DNA of 59,247 bases from a virus (Duplodnaviria; Caudoviricetes): IMG/VR virus record IMGVR_UViG_3300021961_000105, positions 1-59,247 of that record; one strand, given 5' to 3'. The number at the start of each line of letters is the position of its first letter. The stretch's first letter is position 1. The notes beneath the pieces were generated by a model. It did not search any database, had not been told where the DNA came from, and saw only the letters and a program-made list of their open reading frames with translations. The translations under genes were made by a program, and so were the position numbers. Positions 1-8,560 of this stretch are shown in pieces.

Positions 1-1243
1 CAAGTTGAACCCAACCAGGGGTGCCATCAGAAGCGCGACTCTTAGTAAACCAGTCACGCAAAGAACTATCACCACTCTTGTTTTCATCAATAGAATCCTC
101 CTTCACACAATTGGGAACTACTTTCTTTCCCTTCTTTTTCATTCCAAGTTGTTTATATCCGTCCCAACACTTTTCATCTAATTTTGCAGATTCATCATAA
201 ACCTTCTTACCATCTCTGATATAACCAGATCCTTTCTTATCGTAGAAACGGATTCCTTTAGTCATTCTCTCTGTAGCTAATTCATCTTTTCTTTTTTTAG
301 CCGATTGTCTCTTCTCACCTTCTTTCTCTTTCTTTTCTTTTTCCAATTGTTTCTGATCATCAGCACCAGAAACATCTCTGAACCTTCTACCAGTAACTGA
401 AGAAGTGGAGATCATTTCAGATAACTTCTTCTTTTTCTTTTTGGTTTCGTGTGTACCACCACAACCTTCTGCAACCCTTACACTAGGACTCTTCATTATC
501 TTAGTGTTTTTTGCAGACTCTCTTGCTTTTCGTATGGATTCTACACCATGCATCAACTGATTCTTTACATGTGGTGAATATGCATTTACAAGTTTATCAA
601 CATGCCTTTGACTCACGGGCATATCCCTCATCATGGGATTGGGATGATTTTTATGGGAAATAATGTCGCTATAATCAGCACCTTCGCTTACCCCGCCACC
701 ATTTGATTCCGAACCTTCACCATTTCCATTACCATTCTTATTCTCTTCTTCCTCCTCATGTTCCTTATCCTTCATAAGGTAACCACTCTTCATTACGTGC
801 CAACCCTTAGGGATTTTCTTGCACTTCTTATCTGTCATGCACCAGTATTTTCCATCTGGACATGACTTCATTTCTTTGGAGTCTTTCTCTTCCTTAATAT
901 CATGGTGACTCTTTCCACACTTTACGCATGGATCCTGTCCACAATCACAATCGCACTCGGACTTTTTTCCTTCCTTTACCTCCTTCTTCTTCTCAGTATC
1001 ATCTTCGCCACCATCCATGTGATCTGCTACAGTATCAAGATACTCAGATGCCTTAGTAATCTTGGACTGCACCCACGCTTCTAAATCACCTTCACCTTTG
1101 AGATGACGCATCAATCTATTGATTGCTGATTTAGCAGTCTTAAGTTCTCCACGAGCCATAGAAAACTCAAAGTCCTCTCCAAGAGGTGCAATGGTTTCTA
1201 GGTCAGAGAGAATAGACCACTCCTTAAAGGTGAGTTTATCCAT
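1..1243 (-). CDS. Modular, highly charged putative internal head (poly)protein, 3'-truncated by the window edge (>=414 aa)
   Basis: Absent from the ORF track because it has no stop inside the window. Hand translation from ATG at 1243 is open to position 2: MDKLTFKEWSILSDLETIAPLGEDFEFSMARGELK...CDCDCGQDPCVKCGKSHH...CPDGKYWC...KCWDGYKQLGMKKKGKKVVPNCVKE...LRDWFTKSRASDGTPGWVQL. Lies directly downstream of g16, with a late-promoter box upstream. Confidence 0.9.
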   Translation of the reverse strand, partial: MDKLTFKEWSILSDLETIAPLGEDFEFSMARGELKTAKSAINRLMRHLKGEGDLEAWVQSKITKASEYLDTVADHMDGGEDDTEKKKEVKEGKKSECDCDCGQDPCVKCGKSHHDIKEEKDSKEMKSCPDGKYWCMTDKKCKKIPKGWHVMKSGYLMKDKEHEEEEENKNGNGNGEGSESNGGGVSEGADYSDIISHKNHPNPMMRDMPVSQRHVDKLVNAYSPHVKNQLMHGVESIRKARESAKNTKIMKSPSVRVAEGCGGTHETKKKKKKLSEMISTSSVTGRRFRDVSGADDQKQLEKEKKEKEGEKRQSAKKRKDELATERMTKGIRFYDKKGSGYIRDGKKVYDESAKLDEKCWDGYKQLGMKKKGKKVVPNCVKEDSIDENKSGDSSLRDWFTKSRASDGTPGWVQL

Positions 1244-1269
1244 TATTTTAGTAATACTTTTCCTATATT

Positions 1270-1701
1270 TTATTTAGGGAGATCTCCCTTCATTGATCCT
1301 TTTAGAAACTTTTGTAGTTCTGCTGTAGATCCTAAGAAAACAGCATTGTTGGTAACGCTGGTTGGCGCAACACCTTTTTCGTCTTTATTCACATCCTTCA
1401 GTTTCTTTTGAAGGTCCATCAATTTATCTGCAGTATCTGCAACGTTTTTAATTAATTGTCCTGCAACTTCATACGCTCTTGGTGAGTCAGATTCCTGTGC
1501 AAGTTCTAGGATACCATCAATAGCTTCCTGTCCCTTCTCAATGATTGAGTAGAGTTGTCCTCTAGAATACTCGTAATCTTTTTGAATTTGTTCTTCTTGT
1601 GTCTGAATCTTTTTTATTTTTGGTTCTTCTGATTCGACAATCTCCGATTTTATCGGAGTACTCTCAATATCTAATGCCTTATCAATATCTTCGAAACTCA
1701 T
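1270..1701 (-). CDS. g16: Terminase small subunit gp16
   Basis: DYEYSRGQLYSIIEKGQEAIDGILELAQESDSPRAYEVAGQLIK and NNAVFLGSTAELQK motifs typical of T4-like gp16; follows g15. Confidence 0.92.
   Translation of the reverse strand: MSFEDIDKALDIESTPIKSEIVESEEPKIKKIQTQEEQIQKDYEYSRGQLYSIIEKGQEAIDGILELAQESDSPRAYEVAGQLIKNVADTADKLMDLQKKLKDVNKDEKGVAPTSVTNNAVFLGSTAELQKFLKGSMKGDLPK
1271..1277 (-). promoter_or_regulatory. T4-type late promoter box (CTAAATA)
   Basis: tatttag on + strand, overlapping the g16 stop, ~28 nt upstream of ATG 1243. Confidence 0.6.
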
Positions 1702-2747
1702 ATATCAGTTCCTTTTGTTGTACTATAAACTTTTCCATCGTTATATTCATAACGATATTCACTAAATCCAAAGTCATCATCTAGATCGATTAATTGATCA
1801 TCAGCACTGTTGATTACGTTAATTGTAGACCCTGATGTATGCTCCGCAGCTGTAGTATTATCTTGACCCCTATTTACCGTTAAAGTGTTTCCAGTAATCT
1901 TACGAATATACATTGACTCGGAATCAATCTGAATATATGAGTTTTCTACAAGTGGAGTTGCGTCACCAACAACAAATTCCGTAACTTCTGTAGAGATATT
2001 TTCTGAAAGTTGAGTAGTTGCATCATCGTTATAATCTTTAATAGCTCTAGGTTCAGCAACATATCTAAGTTGTCTAGATGCATTCACTCTATTTGTATCA
2101 GTATAATAATCAACTTGTACTTGTTTGATGAGAGCTTCATTTGGACTTCCAACAGGACCAAACAAATATGTTTTTGCGGTAAAATCTAAACTGTAAATCA
2201 AAACTCTTCTGGTTGTAAAGTCTCCCTCATATTGATCATCCATTTGAATGCCATTCAAAATCATTGGAATATCTCTTTTTTCTCCAATAGAAGAAACTAG
2301 ATCTACAGTCAAATTAAAGTGTGGTTGAAAATATGGAAGTATTTGTTCTATAACTTGCAAAGCATCTTCATTCAACTTAGCCATAATGGAAAGTTTGAAG
2401 TTTACATTGTATGGAACTGGCATAAAAACCTTTGTCACCTGATTACTGTCTTTGTCAACAGACTTGAAGGTTTGCATAGTAGAAGATTTTCTACCAGGAT
2501 CATATGATATACCCGTCATCTCAAATGACATTCTGGGTAAAGTTATTGCAACTTCTTTTCTAACTGTCGGAGATTGTTCGATTCTTGCCAAGAATTTTTG
2601 AATGGGACCATAGGCAATCGGAACTGTTATGATACTAAAATCCCCACCAGATTTATCTTTATGTTTTATCTGGATATTATTAAAAAGAGTACCAAAAGAT
2701 ATGATAGTCTTCCTCAATATCTCGTGGTAAAAATAATTAGATAACAT
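1698..2747 (-). CDS. g15: Tail terminator / proximal tail sheath stabilizer gp15, with a C-terminal accessory domain
   Basis: YFYHEILRKTIISFGTLFNNI, VPIAYGPIQKFL, LPRMSFE, PVPYN, QVIEQILPYFQP motifs; g13-g14-g15-g16 synteny. Confidence 0.93.
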   Translation of the reverse strand: MLSNYFYHEILRKTIISFGTLFNNIQIKHKDKSGGDFSIITVPIAYGPIQKFLARIEQSPTVRKEVAITLPRMSFEMTGISYDPGRKSSTMQTFKSVDKDSNQVTKVFMPVPYNVNFKLSIMAKLNEDALQVIEQILPYFQPHFNLTVDLVSSIGEKRDIPMILNGIQMDDQYEGDFTTRRVLIYSLDFTAKTYLFGPVGSPNEALIKQVQVDYYTDTNRVNASRQLRYVAEPRAIKDYNDDATTQLSENISTEVTEFVVGDATPLVENSYIQIDSESMYIRKITGNTLTVNRGQDNTTAAEHTSGSTINVINSADDQLIDLDDDFGFSEYRYEYNDGKVYSTTKGTDI

Positions 2748-2778
2748 TACAATACACCATTTTATACCTTATTTAAAT

Positions 2779-2785
2779 TATTTAG
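2779..2785 (-). promoter_or_regulatory. T4-type late promoter box (CTAAATA) for g15
   Basis: tatttag overlapping the g14 stop, ~30 nt upstream of the g15 ATG. Confidence 0.55.
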
Positions 2786-4212
2786 TATTCGCCAAAAGGA
2801 TTACTTTGACTAAAGTCAACGAATGAATCAGCCTCAGACTCAATATCATCATTACTTGCATACTCATCTAAGAATTGGTTTGTCTCTATTGTAGAAACTT
2901 TATAACTTGCTGCAGCACCAACAATTGATTCACCTCTTGCGAAGGTTCCATCAACTATTGCAAGTTTCAATACTCTATTTGTATAATCCCAGTCCTTCAC
3001 GTAACCAGTTGTACCAGTTCTTGTTCCAGTGACAACTTCATTATATTCGTAATCACCAAATGTATCAGATGTTGGATTTGTAAACTCTATGTTTGGAGTA
3101 AATGTATATCCAGCACCAGCGTTAGAATATCTAACTGCAACTACCACTCCATTGCTGTTTAGAATTGCCTCTGCCTGTGCATTGTTGATGTTTGAAGATA
3201 CTCCAACACTCGATGGTATAAAGATCCTATCAATAAACACTTGTGGAGTAGTACTATACCCAACACCACCAGTAGTAATTCCAATAACTCCAAGTACACC
3301 AGTGTTTATAACAGCAGTAGCAATTCCCCCAGAACCTCCGCCTCCACTGAAGGTAACCGTTGGTGGTAATGTATATCCAAATCCTGGATTTGTAATCAAT
3401 ACTTTATCAATAGCAAACCTTTGATTCGCTGATCTACTTGTCATTATTGCAACTGCAGTTGCGTTAGATCCTCCAGTTGGAGCCGTTGATATAGAAACAG
3501 TCGGAGCACTGGTATATCCAAATCCGTCGTTTATTAGATCAATGTATTGTACCGACTTCGAAGTTGGATCTGTCGATGCAAAACCAACAGTCGCAGTTGC
3601 AGTAGTTGCTGCACTACCAACCATTTGAATATTGTAGATATTTCCAAATTCTTTCAGGGACTCGTTTACTTCAATTCCAGTTTCATCTACATTTGGTACA
3701 TCAATAATTTCATCCTCAAATTCAAATCTTTCACATCTCAATTCGTAAACATATAATTGGTTTAACTGGTAAAATGGTTTTTTGAATTCTATAAATTTAA
3801 TTTCAAATAATGATTCATCTAGAGGGAACCAGATTAAGTCACCTTCTTGGGGTCTTTGTGCATTTTTTCTATCCCCTTCTGGCCACAACTTTAAAAGAGG
3901 CAATATAAAATCATCATATCGTTCTTTTGAAATAACTAAATTTATTTCATCACTATTTCTTATCCCAAATTTTGTTAACATTTCCCCATTTCCACTGAAT
4001 CCATCAGTGTTCATTAGATAAGCTTCTATACGATAACTGTCATCAAACTTTGATGCTGTTATCTCTTTAATGACATTATTTTCTCCAACAATCCTTCTAG
4101 GCATGTATAGAACATCTTGTCCATACATTTTAAGTTGTTCGTTTATTAAATCCTGAATGAGTCTTTGCTCACTCGGAGAACCTTGGAGAAAGTAAGAATT
4201 GAGTGGTGACAT
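2782..4212 (-). CDS. g14: Neck protein gp14 (head closure) with inserted NxGxGY beta-repeats
   Basis: EQRLIQDLINEQLKMYGQDVLYMPR, PQEGDLIWFPL, PFYQL..YVYELRCE, C-terminal DFSQSNPFGEY; central DGFGY/NPGFGY/NAGAGY repeats. Confidence 0.92.
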   Translation of the reverse strand: MSPLNSYFLQGSPSEQRLIQDLINEQLKMYGQDVLYMPRRIVGENNVIKEITASKFDDSYRIEAYLMNTDGFSGNGEMLTKFGIRNSDEINLVISKERYDDFILPLLKLWPEGDRKNAQRPQEGDLIWFPLDESLFEIKFIEFKKPFYQLNQLYVYELRCERFEFEDEIIDVPNVDETGIEVNESLKEFGNIYNIQMVGSAATTATATVGFASTDPTSKSVQYIDLINDGFGYTSAPTVSISTAPTGGSNATAVAIMTSRSANQRFAIDKVLITNPGFGYTLPPTVTFSGGGGSGGIATAVINTGVLGVIGITTGGVGYSTTPQVFIDRIFIPSSVGVSSNINNAQAEAILNSNGVVVAVRYSNAGAGYTFTPNIEFTNPTSDTFGDYEYNEVVTGTRTGTTGYVKDWDYTNRVLKLAIVDGTFARGESIVGAAASYKVSTIETNQFLDEYASNDDIESEADSFVDFSQSNPFGEY

Positions 4213-4213
4213 A

Positions 4214-5038
4214 TCAACCTATTAGATCCATTGGTGGTAATTCATAATCAGTTCTAAGTTTTTGTTCTAACTTTTCTACCTCCTGAACACCATCGTCATA
4301 AATCTGTCTCCCATTGAGTTGAACTCCACCAGGAAGAAGAACTCCTTGGAACTTGATCATGTTCTGACCCCATTGTTTTTTGATCAGTGCAGTTAGATAT
4401 TTCTTCAACCAAGAATCATTATATAACTTCGGAGCATCTGCACCATCCAAAAGTCTATAACAATCAATAATTACATATTCATCTTGACCAACTTCACTCC
4501 AATCAATATCTAGATATAACTTATGATTTTTTTTATTAAAACGAATTTGTGCATTAGGATTTAAAAGAAAGTCCAGATCTTCAAGATATCTTTTTACCAT
4601 TGAATAGTTCAATAGATCCAATGCACCATAGTAGTACATGTCATTCAAGAACAACTGATATTTAATATTAAATAATCCATCAGAAACCGAACTTGAATTT
4701 ATTTTTAGAACGTTATTTACTCCTATAATTGTGTCAGGTAAAGGTAAGTAATTTACACCCTCGACATAATTGATAGAAGTCAATCCATCACCAACAACAG
4801 TTGCAGATGTCGTTGTAGATACTCCCAATTGACTTATTGTATCTTTTTCCGCTGGAGTTAGTTTATGTTTTAGAAAAACCCTGTCAATTCCATCATAATG
4901 GTGTTCATGGAAATATTGGATGGCATCATCCATCAAATTATCAATCTGATCGTCGTCTACATTTATCTCTAAAACTGGCTTTCCTAACTGTTTGAGGCAA
5001 TAGTCTTTCAACTCCGCTCTACTAGATGGCTGCGCCAT
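4214..5038 (-). CDS. g13: Neck protein gp13 (head-tail adaptor)
   Basis: PSSRAELKDYCLKQLGKPVLEINVDDDQI, WLKKYLTALIKKQWGQNMIKF, LPGGVQLNG motifs. Confidence 0.94.
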   Translation of the reverse strand: MAQPSSRAELKDYCLKQLGKPVLEINVDDDQIDNLMDDAIQYFHEHHYDGIDRVFLKHKLTPAEKDTISQLGVSTTTSATVVGDGLTSINYVEGVNYLPLPDTIIGVNNVLKINSSSVSDGLFNIKYQLFLNDMYYYGALDLLNYSMVKRYLEDLDFLLNPNAQIRFNKKNHKLYLDIDWSEVGQDEYVIIDCYRLLDGADAPKLYNDSWLKKYLTALIKKQWGQNMIKFQGVLLPGGVQLNGRQIYDDGVQEVEKLEQKLRTDYELPPMDLIG

Positions 5039-5065
5039 AAAAAAATACCCCTAGTCCTATAGAGG

Positions 5066-5073
5066 TATTTATA
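5066..5073 (-). promoter_or_regulatory. T4 late promoter TATAAATA for g13
   Basis: Exact tatttata on + strand, 28 nt upstream of the g13 ATG. Confidence 0.8.
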
Positions 5074-5075
5074 AA

Positions 5076-5762
5076 TTAGTCGGCGAATTCTCCAAATCGT
5101 CGCATTAGTCTATTTACTGTGTTATCTATTTTAAATTTAATATCATTTAACCCTTCTTCCATAGTCTCTTGATATTCAATGGGTGTTTCATCAAATTTGA
5201 TACTTTTAAGTTCTCTATAACAATCTAAAATAGTTGAATCTCTAATAATGCATTTTACCCAAAATACAAATGCATATCTATCTCCAGAAGTAACCTTTTT
5301 TACTCTATGTGGAATTCCTGTTGGATAAACCACACAGTATCCAGGATTGAGTTTTAAGTTTTCTTCTCTTCCATTTATAAACAAAGATAATTCTCCACCT
5401 TCATAAGAATCTTTTTCGGATAAAAATACAGTTGTACTAAAATCTCCTACTTCAGCGCAATCAATATGTGTATTGTAATAACCACCTTCACTAGTTTTGT
5501 TAACTATACAGCCAGTATAACTTTTTGGAATAGTAAAATTATTATATTCTTCACATTTACTACAGGCATTTATTACTATTTCTCTTATCTTTTTTAGTGC
5601 CATTGGATTATAAAGTTCTACATTAGATTTTGTACCTTCTGCCCCCTTAAAAGTATCATTTCCATTAACCCAATCAGATGGTCTCTTACAAGAATCTAAA
5701 AGTCTTTGAACTTCTTTAATTTTATTTTCATCCAATAATTTTATTATTTTGAAAGTATACAT
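5076..5762 (-). CDS. 2OG-Fe(II) oxygenase, PKHD-type/PiuC(YbiX)-like hydroxylase
   Basis: W.NG..T N-terminus, GGYYNTHID (HxD), DFSTTVFLS...YEGGEL, VVYPTGIPHRVKKVTSGDR..FVFW. Confidence 0.85.
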   Translation of the reverse strand: MYTFKIIKLLDENKIKEVQRLLDSCKRPSDWVNGNDTFKGAEGTKSNVELYNPMALKKIREIVINACSKCEEYNNFTIPKSYTGCIVNKTSEGGYYNTHIDCAEVGDFSTTVFLSEKDSYEGGELSLFINGREENLKLNPGYCVVYPTGIPHRVKKVTSGDRYAFVFWVKCIIRDSTILDCYRELKSIKFDETPIEYQETMEEGLNDIKFKIDNTVNRLMRRFGEFAD

Positions 5763-5786
5763 TATAAAAAAAAATTATTTTAGTAT

Positions 5787-6377
5787 TTAAACTCCATAGT
5801 TAAAGGATATGGATATTCGTTCTTCATTACTATTATTTGGTTCTACCAAATGTTCTAACCATGGTGGGAATAAAATCAAATCATTTTTTTCCGGAACTAC
5901 ATTCCATCCATGTGACAATATTGTAGTTGGTGAATAATCTTTTCCGACTTCAAAATGAAAATAACCAAGATAAGAATCTATTAGAGCTCCATTTGGATTT
6001 ATAAATTTTATTCTACCACTATTTTCTGGGACTTTTATGTAAAAAACTCCAGACATTAGAGATTTGGGGTGTCTGTGTGGAGTATTGTAATCTTTATGAT
6101 TATTTACATTTAACCAAAAATTATATAGTTTTAATTTTCTCTTAAATCCTATGTTTTGAGCAGTTTTATGTAAATGATGTTCTATTTCATTAAACAGAAA
6201 TAATATAGTATCATCTAACTCCAGATCATTAGTTTGATATCCTCCACAATTAGAACGAACTCTGTTATTATTATCAAAGGTAATATTTTTTAAATATCTT
6301 TCCAAATTATTTTCATCAATATCTAAAGTTGTATGATATAAAAAATCTGAAAATATTGGGATGATTGTATCTTTCAT
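5787..6377 (-). CDS. Putative 2OG-Fe(II) oxygenase (TIGR02466-like)
   Basis: SNCGGYQT, WLNVN....N.PHRHP.S.MSGVFYIKVP, LILFPPWLEHLVEPN.S.EERISISFN. Confidence 0.85.
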   Translation of the reverse strand: MKDTIIPIFSDFLYHTTLDIDENNLERYLKNITFDNNNRVRSNCGGYQTNDLELDDTILFLFNEIEHHLHKTAQNIGFKRKLKLYNFWLNVNNHKDYNTPHRHPKSLMSGVFYIKVPENSGRIKFINPNGALIDSYLGYFHFEVGKDYSPTTILSHGWNVVPEKNDLILFPPWLEHLVEPNNSNEERISISFNYGV

Positions 6378-6381
6378 AATT

Positions 6382-7560
6382 TTATTTAAAGTTTGGTCCT
6401 ATTAACCAAGTAACAATTGTTCTTCTTACGCCAGACAAAACTGGCTCTACACCATGAAGGAAGAAAGATGGAAATACTAGAACCGTACCTGGTTCTTGTG
6501 GTGGATAAATTTTTTCATGTCCTACTTTTATAAAGAATTTTCCACCTTCAAAATCATTGTTTAGAAAACATAAGATTGTTAGTTTTCTGCATTCGTTCTC
6601 TGATAAATTAAAGAATGTATCTATGTGTTCTTTATAATGCCCATTCTTTTCATACTTTAGATAATCTGACTGATCTACGTGCGTAATATCAAATTTCCAT
6701 GCATTATGATTTGCATCCAGTCCAATTCCAGAAAGAGCAGCATTTATTCCGCTGGATGGAATCATGTGGTAATGATTTACATCTCTTACTGAGGAATCAA
6801 TTATAGATTCTCCATCCCAATTGCCAATGCCCGCTTTTTCAAATTCTACACTACTCTCGACAGATTCAATCAGTTTTTTACAATCTTGAATTTCGAATGC
6901 ATTTTTATAAGACCAATAATGAACTGCTTCATAATCATCATGGTGGTGTGAAAGTTTTGGTCTGCCGTCATACTTCATCTTAGCGTGAGGACCATTTGCA
7001 TCCACATAATGAAGAAATACTTGAATTTGATTTTTTCCTTGGAACTCTTCTCTCCAATGAAAGATCTCTTTTCCTTTATAAACTACAGCATCACCAACTC
7101 CCATTTTTATTTTGGTTATATTTTTTAAGTATTTTACAACACTTTTTTCATCTTCATCAAAATACTCATGATCTTCTTTGGATCCTTCAAATCCAAATAA
7201 AATTGGCCATGGATTATCTTTATCCAAACGTAAAGTTATTGTAACACTTATTTCACAAGAATCCCTGTCACGATGAATCCTTAATTTTTCTCCAGGATTG
7301 TATATTCTAGCATATGAATAAGTTGGGTATAATTGTAATCCAGTGGCTTGTTCGACATATGGACAGAGTTGTTCCATCACACTATCAAACATTGGTTCAG
7401 CATATACCGAATGCGACTTTGGACATTGAGTATCTACTTTAGTTTTTCCTTCTGTACGCAGCCTTTCAAATTCATCGGACAATTCGCAACAGTTTATGTT
7501 ATCCAAAAAATCTGGTAGATATAAGAATTTTTGTTTGTGAAATTCTTGTGAATAATTCAT
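6382..7560 (-). CDS. Two-domain (tandem) 2OG-Fe(II) oxygenase
   Basis: Domain 1: LYPTYSYARIY..G..L..HRDR.SCEISVT...HWRE. Domain 2: Y...GHY..HID...RKLT....LNNDFEGG...FPSFFLHGVEPVLSGVR. Confidence 0.85.
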   Translation of the reverse strand: MNYSQEFHKQKFLYLPDFLDNINCCELSDEFERLRTEGKTKVDTQCPKSHSVYAEPMFDSVMEQLCPYVEQATGLQLYPTYSYARIYNPGEKLRIHRDRDSCEISVTITLRLDKDNPWPILFGFEGSKEDHEYFDEDEKSVVKYLKNITKIKMGVGDAVVYKGKEIFHWREEFQGKNQIQVFLHYVDANGPHAKMKYDGRPKLSHHHDDYEAVHYWSYKNAFEIQDCKKLIESVESSVEFEKAGIGNWDGESIIDSSVRDVNHYHMIPSSGINAALSGIGLDANHNAWKFDITHVDQSDYLKYEKNGHYKEHIDTFFNLSENECRKLTILCFLNNDFEGGKFFIKVGHEKIYPPQEPGTVLVFPSFFLHGVEPVLSGVRRTIVTWLIGPNFK

Positions 7561-7609
7561 AATAGAAGAGACCTCAAATCAAAGTATGGTATTGTAATTT
7601 TTATTTTTT

Positions 7610-8254
7610 CTAAATTATGGATTGTAGAGAATCATTGGTATTTAGTTCTAGACTAATGGACGAATCTCCAAAACCAAACGTTCCGCAAGGCATTATATTA
7701 AAAGCCAAACAGTATCTTGGATCATCAAGGTTATGTCTTCCCATTCTGTGTTTTAAATAACTTGGGAAAAAAATAACCATGTTCTTTTTTGGTTTAAAAT
7801 TCCACCATGGAGAATTGTAAATATTATATTCCGTTGGCTTTGAAGGAGATATTGTTTGGGGAATTAATCCCATACTATCTATTTGAAAATCGCCAGCTTC
7901 TTCGTTATTATCAAAGTTTTGAAAATATAATACTCCAGCATAAAAACAATTTTGATGAGAGTGATATTCTGTCTGACAGTTTTTTAAGGCTTTACTTAAC
8001 CATGAAGTAGTTATATCAAATTTTGTACGCTCATATTTCAATATATCAGTAACAATACAATTAAATTTGTTCATTAACATATCCTTCAATTCAGGATATC
8101 TATTTAAAATTTTTTTATCCCTAGTAACATATAAATTATCAATTTCGCATTTTTGGTAATTTTCATTTTTTAATTGATCAAAAAATAAGTTTCCCTCCAC
8201 CGTAGAAACAAAAACGGCAGAGGGAAACAGAGGGAAAATATCAATGTATGACAT
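7610..8254 (-). CDS. Putative 2OG-Fe(II) oxygenase (TIGR02466-like)
   Basis: ITTSWL, HSHQNCFYAGVLYF, IFFPSYLKHR...RYCLAFN.MP.G.FG. Confidence 0.83.
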   Translation of the reverse strand: MSYIDIFPLFPSAVFVSTVEGNLFFDQLKNENYQKCEIDNLYVTRDKKILNRYPELKDMLMNKFNCIVTDILKYERTKFDITTSWLSKALKNCQTEYHSHQNCFYAGVLYFQNFDNNEEAGDFQIDSMGLIPQTISPSKPTEYNIYNSPWWNFKPKKNMVIFFPSYLKHRMGRHNLDDPRYCLAFNIMPCGTFGFGDSSISLELNTNDSLQSII

Positions 8255-8281
8255 AATAAAAAAATATAAATTTAATTATAA

Positions 8282-8530
8282 TTATTCAGATGGTGGTCCA
8301 TATGGATCGGTAAATACTCCAGTTTCTTCATCCATTACGGGTTGTGGCCAGATAACAACCTTACCGTCTTTGAAACAATGAGTTTCTTGAGTTACATCAT
8401 CTTCACAATCAACCCAATGACATGGTGGACACACATCATATGATTCATCTTTAACGTCTGCAATTCTTTGTGCATATACTTGATATGCATATGGAACTTC
8501 TTCCGTTGGTGATATTAAAGCTTTTTTCAT
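8282..8530 (-). CDS. Small acidic Cys-containing protein, possible fibre/adhesin partner or chaperone
   Basis: Strong SD (aaggagg) before ATG; MKKALISP...RIADV...WVDCEDD; directly follows the Gly-rich protein; function inferred from position only. Confidence 0.65.
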   Translation of the reverse strand: MKKALISPTEEVPYAYQVYAQRIADVKDESYDVCPPCHWVDCEDDVTQETHCFKDGKVVIWPQPVMDEETGVFTDPYGPPSE

Positions 8531-8560
8531 GTTTGTTACCTCCTTTATTTTAGAATAATA

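Noticed and set aside
902-1084. 60-aa hydrophobic plus-strand ORF resembling a membrane protein
   Set aside because: Antisense to the Lys/Glu-rich minus-strand polyprotein, which explains its apparent hydrophobicity
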